DNA from: an uncultured Candidatus Saccharibacteria bacterium
GTDB lineage: Bacteria; Patescibacteriota; Minisyncoccia; Phycocordibacterales; UBA918
Length of the DNA stretch: 51,705 bases
Assembly: GCA_964521645.1 (NCBI GenBank)
Contig: CAZFSB010000003.1
Location: forward strand, 1 to 51,705
Direction: 5' to 3'
This document shows, in pieces, positions 28,074 to 36,630 of this stretch (within the stretch, counting starts at the first letter, position 1; every line of letters begins with the position of its first letter). A program made the position numbers and the translations under genes. The notes below the pieces were generated by a model. That model was not told where the DNA came from. It did not search any database and worked only from the letters and a program-made list of their open reading frames with translations.

Positions 28074-28889
28074 ATGGAACCAATCTTACTCGCGTTCCTG
28101 ATCACGCTCGGAGCTGGCCTGGCCACCGGCATCGGTAGTTTCCTAGCGTTTTCAGCGCATAAAACAGATAAAAAATTCTTATCATTCATGCTCGGTCTTT
28201 CGGCCGGTGTGATGATATATGTCTCGCTCGTCGAGATCTTTCAAAAGTCGGTAGTGTCACTCAGCGAAGCGTTTGGCGATGATGGACTCGGCTACCTCTA
28301 CGCCACCCTCGGCTTTTTTGGTGGCGTTGTCTTCATCTACATCATTGACCACCTCTTGCACCAAGACGACGTCAGTCCGCACGAGGCTCACACTGTCAGT
28401 GAGATGGACGACCCGGAAGAGCGGCAGCGCCATGCTCTCTTGAAAATGGGGACCTTCACCGCGATCGCGATCGCCATCCACAACTTCCCCGAAGGGCTCG
28501 CTACCTTCCTCTCGACCCTGCAGGATCCAGCGCTCGGTATTTCGGTCGCGGTAGCGGTGGCGATCCACAATATTCCAGAAGGTATCGCTGTTTCTATTCC
28601 TATCTACCACGCTACGGGAAGTCGCATGAAGGCTTTCTGGTACTCCTTTGCCTCCGGTATCGTCGAGCCGATCGGTGCCCTGGTCGGGTACTTTCTCTTG
28701 CTGCAATTCATCAGCGACAAGATATTTGGCGTCATCTTTGCAGGAGTGGCCGGTATCATGGTCTTCATCGCGCTTGATGAACTTCTCCCGGCCGCGCAGA
28801 AATATGGCCACCACCATCATTCCATCATCGGCGCCATCCTCGGCATGATGATCATGGCCACCAGTCTCGTGCTCTTTGTCCTCAACTAG
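28074..28889 (+). CDS. zupT: Zinc transporter ZupT (ZIP family)
   Basis: Contains HNFPEGLA and HNIPEGIAV motifs and about 8 TM helices. Confidence 0.9.
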   Translation: MEPILLAFLITLGAGLATGIGSFLAFSAHKTDKKFLSFMLGLSAGVMIYVSLVEIFQKSVVSLSEAFGDDGLGYLYATLGFFGGVVFIYIIDHLLHQDDVSPHEAHTVSEMDDPEERQRHALLKMGTFTAIAIAIHNFPEGLATFLSTLQDPALGISVAVAVAIHNIPEGIAVSIPIYHATGSRMKAFWYSFASGIVEPIGALVGYFLLLQFISDKIFGVIFAGVAGIMVFIALDELLPAAQKYGHHHHSIIGAILGMMIMATSLVLFVLN

Positions 28890-28958
28890 ACCAGCCGTTC
28901 ACCGCCTTCCTGCCCTGGCTACTACCAAGCTAGCGCTTCGCTTTCCTTCCCTGATACA

Positions 28959-31202
28959 ATGCAAAGCATGAGATTCGCAGATCAACTGACCAACCATGTT
29001 CGGGTTGACGCCGTGCATCAAAAGGCCCTGAAACGAATTGGTATCGAAACCGTTGGCGACTTGCTGTACTATCTCCCTGCCCGTTATGAGGATATTTCTG
29101 ACGTGCAGTCAGTTGGGGGTTTGGAGAAAGGTCAGGAGGCTGTGGTGTATGGACAGCTGTCCGGACTGAAGACCCGCAAAGCCTGGAAGAGTCGCAAGCC
29201 AATTGCCGAGGGATACGTAGAAGATGGTTCGGCCAAGATGAAGATCATGTGGTTCAACCAACCCTACCTCGCCAAGATGTATAGTGACGGGATGTACGTG
29301 AAGCTGGCCGGCAAGGTGGCCGGGAGTGAAGGAAAATTGTATTTGAGCAACCCAGAGGTGGAACCGCTCGACTCCCTTCCGATCGACCGGCACGACAGTA
29401 TCTTCGCCGGGACCGAACAGCTGGATGACACCTTATATCCCGTGTACCGCGAGACGGCTGGTATCACCAGTCGCTGGCTGTATCACACGGTTTTGAAACT
29501 GTTTGAAAAAGGGGCGCTCGAAACCCTCATCGACCCGATACCGAGCGAGATACTGAAAAAGTACAATTTACCAGAACTCAAGGTGGCGCTGGTGTGGGTG
29601 CACTCACCGAAAAAAGCGAAAGATGCCGAAGCCGCGCGCAAGCGCTTTGCGTTTGAGGAAGTTTTTTATATTCAAATTCAGAAAGCGCAGGAACGGGCGG
29701 CCGTGAGCGCCGCGCAGACGTACACAGTGAAGACCGACCCCAAGCACCTGGCGGCGTTTACGAGCCGCTTTCCGTTCGCGCTCACGGCCGCCCAGGATAG
29801 TGCCATAGAGACCATTCTCACCGACTTCTCTGGCAACCGCGCTATGAGCCGCCTCCTTGAAGGTGATGTCGGCAGCGGCAAAACTGCCGTCGCGGCTACG
29901 ACCGCGTATGCGGTGGTGACTTCACGTCCTCCAGAAGGAAAGAAATCTTCCCCTAGGGTAACCCTAGGGGCAACAACGCAACGAAGAAATCTTCCCAAAT
30001 TAGCTGATTTGGAGTACGGAAATCTGCAAGTTGCTTATATGGCGCCCACGGAGATTCTCGCTAAACAGCACTTCGAAAGTTTCATCGAGTACTTTCATCA
30101 CCTCCCTATTTCAGTCGGACTCATCACCGGCTCTGGTTGCATGAAGTTCCCCAGCAAGAGTGACCCTACCAAGCCTACCAAGATCTCCAAAGCACAGCTC
30201 ATGAAGTGGGTGAAAAATGGCGAAGTGCCGATCCTCATTGGCACCCACGCCCTCATCTACAAGAGTGTCGAATTCAAACATCTGGCGTACGTTATCATCG
30301 ACGAGCAGCATCGTTTTGGTACCAATCAGCGTAAGAAATTAGCCAAGAAAGATGAACGCATGCCGCACCTACTTTCCATGACCGCCACCCCGATCCCGCG
30401 CACCCTCGCACTCACCATTTATGGCGACCTCGACATCACCCTTCTTGATCAAATGCCGGCCGGCCGCAAACCGGTCAAGACGACCATTGTCGGTCCTGGT
30501 CAGAGCAAAGAAATGTACGACCACGTCGAGTCCGAACTGGCGGCCGGCCGGCAAGCCTACGTCATCTGCCCGCGCATTGAAGAACCGGACCCAGACAAAG
30601 AAGTCGCTATCAATATGAAAAGTGTCATTGCGGAAACCAAACGACTCAAGAGGGATGTTTTTCCAGACTGGCGCGTCGAGTACCTCCACGGCAAAATGAC
30701 CCCTGCTGAAAAAGACAAGATCATGAAACAATTTTCCGAACACCAGATCGATATCTTGGTCGCGACGAGCGTGGTGGAGGTCGGCGTGAACGTCCCCAAT
30801 GCCACCAACATCATCATCGAAGGAGCGGAGCGCTTTGGCCTCGCACAGCTCCATCAGCTTCGCGGGCGTGTCATTCGCGGCACCCACCAGCCATACTGTT
30901 TTGCCGTCACCGAAAGCAAGAGCGACAAGACTCGCGACCGACTCAAAGCACTCGCCACTGCTAAAAATGGTTTTGAGCTAGCCGAACACGACCTCCAATT
31001 CCGCGGCTCGGGTGAGCTCTATGGCGGCAAGCAAAGCGGCCTCTCCGACCTCGGCATGGAAGCCATCCGTAACCTCAAGCTCGTCGAAGCTGCTCGCACC
31101 GAAGCCAAACACCTCGTCGATACTCACCCAGACCTCACAAGATCCTTCCCGCTCATTGCCGAGAAAGTGGCCCGGTTGGGTGAAGTACTGCATATGGAGT
31201 AA
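28959..31202 (+). CDS. recG: ATP-dependent DNA helicase RecG (with ~32-aa insertion after motif I)
   Basis: Has a wedge domain, GDVGSGKT, DEQHRFG, and helicase C motifs. Confidence 0.95.
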   Translation: MQSMRFADQLTNHVRVDAVHQKALKRIGIETVGDLLYYLPARYEDISDVQSVGGLEKGQEAVVYGQLSGLKTRKAWKSRKPIAEGYVEDGSAKMKIMWFNQPYLAKMYSDGMYVKLAGKVAGSEGKLYLSNPEVEPLDSLPIDRHDSIFAGTEQLDDTLYPVYRETAGITSRWLYHTVLKLFEKGALETLIDPIPSEILKKYNLPELKVALVWVHSPKKAKDAEAARKRFAFEEVFYIQIQKAQERAAVSAAQTYTVKTDPKHLAAFTSRFPFALTAAQDSAIETILTDFSGNRAMSRLLEGDVGSGKTAVAATTAYAVVTSRPPEGKKSSPRVTLGATTQRRNLPKLADLEYGNLQVAYMAPTEILAKQHFESFIEYFHHLPISVGLITGSGCMKFPSKSDPTKPTKISKAQLMKWVKNGEVPILIGTHALIYKSVEFKHLAYVIIDEQHRFGTNQRKKLAKKDERMPHLLSMTATPIPRTLALTIYGDLDITLLDQMPAGRKPVKTTIVGPGQSKEMYDHVESELAAGRQAYVICPRIEEPDPDKEVAINMKSVIAETKRLKRDVFPDWRVEYLHGKMTPAEKDKIMKQFSEHQIDILVATSVVEVGVNVPNATNIIIEGAERFGLAQLHQLRGRVIRGTHQPYCFAVTESKSDKTRDRLKALATAKNGFELAEHDLQFRGSGELYGGKQSGLSDLGMEAIRNLKLVEAARTEAKHLVDTHPDLTRSFPLIAEKVARLGEVLHME

Positions 31203-31248
31203 TTTTCTAAAAAAATGAGGGCGGTGCGCAAGTGCACCGCCCGTTTTT

Positions 31249-31494
31249 TTAGTTGACCCAAAATATCGCGCATTGTTTATCCTTAAGTTCGTTAAAGATA
31301 TCTTCTGCCGACTCCCCACTGAGAATTATGTCTCCGCTCAGAGAAAAAAGAGCATACTTACATTGCCCTTCAATTTCATAGCGTTCATGGTCATAGGGAA
31401 GTATCTGACGCAGATACCCACAATCCATATTGGGCAGATGTTTGTCAAAAGTACTGAGAAGTTCTTCACTTGGTGTAACCGGAACGTTTGCCAT
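31249..31494 (-). CDS. Hypothetical protein (81 aa)
   Basis: The start MANVPVTP has SD GAGAGGTGA. The longer track ORF has no RBS. Confidence 0.5.
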   Translation of the reverse strand: MANVPVTPSEELLSTFDKHLPNMDCGYLRQILPYDHERYEIEGQCKYALFSLSGDIILSGESAEDIFNELKDKQCAIFWVN

Positions 31495-31599
31495 GTCATC
31501 ACCTCTCTCATGTAGACGATCTACTTCTATCAAATCGGATTCTGCGAAAAAAAGCAAACTGCTTATCCCTGAGGGAGAAGAAAATTGCAATTGCTACTT

Positions 31600-32106
31600 T
31601 TAGCCCAACTTTCGCTTGCGGTAGTACCAGTACCCACCACTAATAAGGAGCGCTATGAAAACGTAGAGCAGATAGTTGTGGTAACCAGGAATGGTAATCG
31701 AATCGAGGGATCCAACAAGGTCTTCTTCGTTTGCGGCTGCACTCTCCTTTTCTTCATAGGCTCGCAAGTCAGCAAACTCGACCACCTCTGGTCGGGTGAA
31801 AACACTCGCTCCTTCTCCTTCCATTTTAGTCACCGCTCCCTCGCTGTCGAGGGTTAGGAAAGCATCGAACACGCCGTCGTCGTTGGTGTCGTGGGCCTCT
31901 AAGACCGCTTGCCCTTCTTGGTACACCAGTGCCACCTTCCCGTGAGTTGAAGCGACCAAGTCATCTCCTTGGTAGTACAGCATTCCTCCATTCACTTCGG
32001 TGGTCGTATCATACGAAACCGTCTTGCTGCCGATCGTAAGTTCACCATCTGTCTGCGCAAAGGTGAGCAGTGGTAGCAGTAAGATTGTGAAGATGATTCT
32101 TTTCAT
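31600..32106 (-). CDS. Secreted, C-terminally anchored hypothetical protein
   Basis: Signal peptide MKRIIFTILLLPLLTFA, plus a C-terminal TM helix and a basic tail. Confidence 0.6.
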   Translation of the reverse strand: MKRIIFTILLLPLLTFAQTDGELTIGSKTVSYDTTTEVNGGMLYYQGDDLVASTHGKVALVYQEGQAVLEAHDTNDDGVFDAFLTLDSEGAVTKMEGEGASVFTRPEVVEFADLRAYEEKESAAANEEDLVGSLDSITIPGYHNYLLYVFIALLISGGYWYYRKRKLG

Positions 32107-32108
32107 AC

Positions 32109-33269
32109 TTATTTCTTATCCTGGCACTGGTCTTCTAAGTTGGCTTTTACTCGCTGGTACTCTTTCACCTTCCACTCTTGTAGCTGGTTGTACTTTTCGG
32201 TTATCTGCGTTTCGATTCCTGCCAACTCCGCGCGACGCTCGGCGTTAAGCGCATAACTTTCGGCTAAATACTGATCGACCGCTTGCTTACTGAGATATTG
32301 GTCACGCAATATCCCGATCTCCTCATCACTCAAGTTCGGACTCGGAATGACTGCTCCCTGTGTATCCTTCATGAGTTGCACGACAATGTCTTTTGGATTA
32401 CCGACACTCTCAATGGTCTCAAGCGTAGCGTTCCAGGCGATGGACTTTATCTTGCCGGTCGTATCGTCGGTATTTATTTGATACTCGGAAGCACTTGGAG
32501 GAATGTGTGCCTGGATGACCTTGAGACCGGCGCCGATCCCTTCCGCCACTGTCTCGGGGTTAAGCAGCTTACCAACCGATTCAGCCGTTCCCTTTCCTCC
32601 TTTGATGGTTGTGTAGGTCACATATGAAAGCCGCCAGAACGCCTTCAGGAGGTTCACTTTCACATTTTGCACGAGTGCTTGGCGATACTCGCGTAATGCT
32701 AAACGTTCGGCGCGATCGGTCTCCATCTGGTACTCGAGTTCATGAGCCTGTGCCACCAAGACCGCGATCTCATCAAGGGTTTGATTGAACTGCTGGACCT
32801 CGTAGCTCACATCACTGCCGAGACGGTCATCAAAGTCAGAGTATTTCTCCCAATCGGTGTCGATGTTTTGGAGCGCTTGTGCGCACTCGCGTTTTTCGGT
32901 GTCGGTCTTTTCTGGCTCGACACACCTACTCCCCTCAAGCACATCACCCTCAGTACAGGTGGTGCACGACCAGTTACTGACATTCCAGTACCCACCGCTA
33001 GCGCGACACTCTACGGCCATAGCTTGGATACGCTCACGATTCCACGCGCGAAACTGCTCTAGCACGTAGCTGCCAGCCGTACTTGGACTTAATCCAATAG
33101 CATCGCAGTACTCATTGTGAAACGCACACTTGCAGTACTGGTAGTTGATGAACATGCCACAGTAGTCATCCTTCACGCTCGGCACTTCGTAGCGTTCTAC
33201 CAACGCTCCTGCATAGGCCACCGGGGCGAGCAGGCTTAGGATGAGGAAAAGCGAGAGAGCCGCTTTCAT
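32109..33269 (-). CDS. Secreted Cys-rich / coiled-coil hypothetical protein
   Basis: Signal peptide MKAALSLFLILSLLAPVAYA. TATACT lies 8 nt upstream of the ATG. Confidence 0.6.
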   Translation of the reverse strand: MKAALSLFLILSLLAPVAYAGALVERYEVPSVKDDYCGMFINYQYCKCAFHNEYCDAIGLSPSTAGSYVLEQFRAWNRERIQAMAVECRASGGYWNVSNWSCTTCTEGDVLEGSRCVEPEKTDTEKRECAQALQNIDTDWEKYSDFDDRLGSDVSYEVQQFNQTLDEIAVLVAQAHELEYQMETDRAERLALREYRQALVQNVKVNLLKAFWRLSYVTYTTIKGGKGTAESVGKLLNPETVAEGIGAGLKVIQAHIPPSASEYQINTDDTTGKIKSIAWNATLETIESVGNPKDIVVQLMKDTQGAVIPSPNLSDEEIGILRDQYLSKQAVDQYLAESYALNAERRAELAGIETQITEKYNQLQEWKVKEYQRVKANLEDQCQDKK

Positions 33270-33345
33270 ATGGATTTAGTATACGCCTCTGTGGTGATGG
33301 TGCAAGGCGGGCGGAGGCGAAGCCTCCGCCCGCCTTGAGGCAATG

Positions 33346-33369
33346 AAAAAGGCCGCGCTGCGCGCGGCC
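33346..33369 (-). terminator. Intrinsic terminator (minus strand)
   Basis: GGCCGCGC-GCA-GCGCGGCC followed by TTTTT on the minus strand. A second 15-bp GC hairpin lies at 33304-33336. Confidence 0.65.
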
Positions 33370-33691
33370 TAAGATCGGTTTGAAGTGGGGAGCACCACAT
33401 CAGGTGGTAAGCTTCTCTAGTCCACAGTATGGACACGGGCCCACCTAAGATATTCACCTCCTTTCAGGATGAAAAGCGTATGGTCATGACGGAACTTCCG
33501 GCGACTGAGCGATTACCCAAAATGAGTTTCATCACATTTCTCCTGAATTGGTTGTAGGTGACGAATGTTCACCCACTTACAGTAATACCGAAAAGTTAGC
33601 AGTTTGTAAATATCCCTCGGTGCAAACGTGGCTCCGGGGAGATTGAGACAACGGGCTGATTGCGCTATAGTGTCACACACCAACCAAATTT

Positions 33692-33726
33692 CCGCCTATA
33701 GCTCAGTTGGTAGAGCGCAGAGCTTA
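33692..33726 (+). pseudogene. Orphan 5' half of tRNA-Ile (ends inside the anticodon)
   Basis: 34/35 identical to 33803-33837. Identity stops after CTTA of the anticodon loop, and no matching 3' half follows. Confidence 0.6.
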
Positions 33727-33802
33727 CAGAATGAGCTGAGTGGAGAAAGAATTTATTCTTTCGAGTCACGAAGCGATATTCTGTATCAATTAAATCTTTT
33801 GT

Positions 33803-33875
33803 CCGCCAATAGCTCAGTTGGTAGAGCGCAGAGCTTATACCTCTGTGGTCCTTGGTTCGAGTCCAAGTTGGCGGA
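33803..33875 (+). tRNA. tRNA-Ile (anticodon UAU)
   Basis: CCGCCAATAGCTCAGTTGGTAGAGCGCAGAGCTTATACCTCTGTGGTCCTTGGTTCGAGTCCAAGTTGGCGGA folds as a cloverleaf. The anticodon loop is CTTATAC. Confidence 0.85.
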
Positions 33876-33892
33876 CAAAAGATTGAATTAGA

Positions 33893-33990
33893 TATACCTC
33901 TGTGGTCCCTGGTTCGCACCACAAGGGTATTTCCGAATTTATAGTCGGCTCATCGCCTCCTTAAATTCTAGGTCAATCCAAGTTGGCGGA
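33893..33990 (+). pseudogene. Orphan 3' half of tRNA-Ile with a 59-nt insertion in the T loop
   Basis: TATACCTCTGTGGTCCCTGGTTCG[59 nt]ATCCAAGTTGGCGGA. A further partial copy follows at 34008-34023. Confidence 0.55.
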
Positions 33991-34078
33991 CAAAAGATTG
34001 AATTAGATATACCCCTGCGGTCCATAAAGAAAAACAGTGCCTGCGCACTGTTTTTCCTTGGATTTTTGAAGCGGTCGG

Positions 34079-34945
34079 TTAGTTACCAAACAACCAACCC
34101 AAGAGTCCCCAACGGCCGATCGCCTTTTCTGCGACCTGGTCCAGTCGCTCTTGTTCTTGCAGCATTGTCTGCACTTGCTCTTCTAGCATTGTGCGCACTT
34201 CCTGGTCACACCCCTCGCACTCTGCTAAAAGTTGGTTCATTTCTTGGACACGAAGTCGATTCTGCTCTGCCTCATCTTTCAGGGCCTCTGCTTGCTCCTG
34301 ATCTTGACCAAAGAAGAAGGCTCGTAACCAACTGCGCTTTTCCAAAGCTTCCTCACGTCGCTCCATACCCTGGGCAGCTTGGTTCACCTGCTCGGCCATC
34401 TCACTCATCTGTGGTCCTTTTGGTCCGAGCATATCCTCGGCTGCTTGTACTGCCTGCACGGCAACCTGAGCCCGCTCACGCAGTGGGGTTCCCTCTTCAC
34501 CATTCTCTGCCCGCTGTGTTTGGGTTTGCACGCGCTCTTGTATGAATTGCTTAAGCTCATCAGGGGTCTGTACTCGCTCCTGCACCCGGGCTCGCTCCTG
34601 TTGCGCCAGTTCGCCACCAGCATTCTGCCCTGACGAAGCCTGTCCCCCGATCTGCTGACCATTAAGCGATGCCTGGTCTTGCTGCTGCACCTGCTCCATG
34701 GTCTGCTGACGCTGCTGTTCCTGCGTCTGTACAGCAGCATTTCCGGCCGCAGTGGTAGAACCAACTCCAGTCGGTTGATTGGTTCGGTCCTGGTCTTGGG
34801 CCTGGTTGCGATCTTGATCAGCGGTTGCACTACCACCCACATTTCGTTCTTGCTGCGCGTACGCAGCTGTCGCCAAAAGCATTACCGCTAGTAACGCGAT
34901 CATTTCAGCAATGACGACGAGTGTCATTTTTTTAGTCATACTCAT
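34079..34945 (-). CDS. Secreted Gln/Glu-rich coiled-coil hypothetical protein
   Basis: Signal/anchor sequence MTLVVIAEMIALLAVMLLATAAYA, followed by a low-complexity Q/E-rich region. Confidence 0.6.
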   Translation of the reverse strand: MSMTKKMTLVVIAEMIALLAVMLLATAAYAQQERNVGGSATADQDRNQAQDQDRTNQPTGVGSTTAAGNAAVQTQEQQRQQTMEQVQQQDQASLNGQQIGGQASSGQNAGGELAQQERARVQERVQTPDELKQFIQERVQTQTQRAENGEEGTPLRERAQVAVQAVQAAEDMLGPKGPQMSEMAEQVNQAAQGMERREEALEKRSWLRAFFFGQDQEQAEALKDEAEQNRLRVQEMNQLLAECEGCDQEVRTMLEEQVQTMLQEQERLDQVAEKAIGRWGLLGWLFGN

Positions 34946-35121
34946 TCTTTTTACATCTGCTAAGTTGCGCTAGGTGCTTCTTAGAAACTTTCCGAGACAT
35001 GTGCCAAAGAAGCACCGACATACACGTATTACTCTACTCCTCATCGCCAGGTTTGTATAGCACTCTGAACCCCGAATAACCTGACCACGTACTCCTACAT
35101 TGGTGGTACAATACGTCTAGT

Positions 35122-36627
35122 ATGAAAAAGATCTTACACCCTCGCCCCCTCTACATCACCATCACACTTATCGTCATCGCGTTCGTGATATCGATGATGT
35201 TGGGAGTGGGAAATTCAAATAAGACAGAGCTGGTGACGACCGTGGTTGAAGACGGCCCGGTTCGGCAGTTGGTTTCTGTTTCTGGTATTGCCGACGCGAA
35301 ACGTTCCGCGCAGCTCGCCTTCCCGACCAGCGGCATCGTGCGAGAAGTACGCGTCGAGACCGGGAGCGAAGTTGCCGCCGGCGACATTCTCGTCACTCTT
35401 GATAGGCAAAGCCTCGCTGCCGACAGACAAGAGGCAGTAGCGGCTCTCGCGCAGGCGAAAGCCAACTTAGCCGAATTGCAAGCAGGCCCGACCGTGACCA
35501 CGCGCGCTGTTTCGGAAGAAGCCGTGCTCACAAAAGAGATCGCTCTTAAAACTACGCGAGAAACCGAACAGCAGAAGATCGACAATGCGTACCGACTACT
35601 GCTCTCGAGCGACCTCACCGCCTACACCGACGACCTTTCCGAACAGGTGGATCCTCCAGTCATCTCCGGCACCTATCGCTGCGCTGAGGAAGGAACCTAC
35701 ACTCTTTCAGTGTATTCCTCCCAAGCTGATTCCGGCTACTCGTTCAATCTCTCTGGTCTAGAGACCGGCACCTACACCGCGGCTATCAAACAGCCCGGGC
35801 CACTCGGTGCCTGCGGCCTACAGATCACCTTCACTGAGGGAGACCGCTATACCAACTCCACCTGGCAAGTCGACATCCCTAATAAGCGCTCTAGTTCCTA
35901 CACGACCAACTACAACAACTACCTCCTAACGATGTCGCAAGCTGAGAACGCGATCGCCTTGGCGGAACAGGCGCTCGCCCTTGCCACTGCCGAGACGACC
36001 AACCAAAACGCCCCCGCCCGAGCGGAAGCGGTCATTCGCGCCGAAGCCGCCGTGACTCAAGCTACTGCCCGACTCGCACGCGTTGACACCGCGATCAGAG
36101 AGAGCACTCTTACCGCCCCCTTCGCCGGGACAGTCATTACCGTGGCTGTTCTCCCTGGTGAAACTGTTTCCACCGCACCAGTGGTCACCTTACTCGCCAG
36201 TGACGAATTTGACGTTAAGGCGCGCATCCCAGAGATCGACATCAGCAAGCTAGTCACTGGGCAGGCGGTAGAGATGCTCTTTGATGCCCGCACTACCGAG
36301 ATCATAACCGGAGTGGTGACGTTCATTTCCCCTGAGGCAACCGTGATCGATGGGGTCGCCTACTATGAAGCCACCATCACCTTCGACGACATGCCCGCCT
36401 GGATGCGCAGCGGACTCAATGCCGATATCGATATCATCATCAATCAAACTACCGAAGAACTCCGTATCCCCAAGCGTTTTCTCATCAAGACCGACACTGG
36501 CTACGAAGTCTTGCAAAAGCGCGGTGAGATCATCGCCACCACCACAGTGGATCTGGTACTCGAAGGAAATGATGGCTTTGTGGCAATTACTGGCCTAAAA
36601 AGTGGCGACACCCTGGTCGCTCCCTAA
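35122..36627 (+). CDS. HlyD/MacA-family membrane-fusion (periplasmic adaptor) protein
   Basis: N-terminal TM helix, a lipoyl-like motif AGDILVTLD, and coiled-coil and beta-barrel regions. TGGTACAAT lies 9 nt upstream of the ATG. Confidence 0.8.
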   Translation: MKKILHPRPLYITITLIVIAFVISMMLGVGNSNKTELVTTVVEDGPVRQLVSVSGIADAKRSAQLAFPTSGIVREVRVETGSEVAAGDILVTLDRQSLAADRQEAVAALAQAKANLAELQAGPTVTTRAVSEEAVLTKEIALKTTRETEQQKIDNAYRLLLSSDLTAYTDDLSEQVDPPVISGTYRCAEEGTYTLSVYSSQADSGYSFNLSGLETGTYTAAIKQPGPLGACGLQITFTEGDRYTNSTWQVDIPNKRSSSYTTNYNNYLLTMSQAENAIALAEQALALATAETTNQNAPARAEAVIRAEAAVTQATARLARVDTAIRESTLTAPFAGTVITVAVLPGETVSTAPVVTLLASDEFDVKARIPEIDISKLVTGQAVEMLFDARTTEIITGVVTFISPEATVIDGVAYYEATITFDDMPAWMRSGLNADIDIIINQTTEELRIPKRFLIKTDTGYEVLQKRGEIIATTTVDLVLEGNDGFVAITGLKSGDTLVAP

Positions 36628-36630
36628 CCT

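Noticed and set aside
33266-33457. 63-aa ORF (GTG start fused to an SD) upstream of the secreted-protein gene
   Set aside because: It has zero spacing between SD and start. It reads straight through two GC hairpins, a terminator and the next gene's promoter. Its composition is Arg/Pro-rich.
33862-34013. Direct repeats as a possible CRISPR array
   Set aside because: There are only two copies of a 37-nt repeat, and the repeat is clearly derived from the tRNA-Ile 3' end plus trailer. No cas genes are present and the spacer is not regular.
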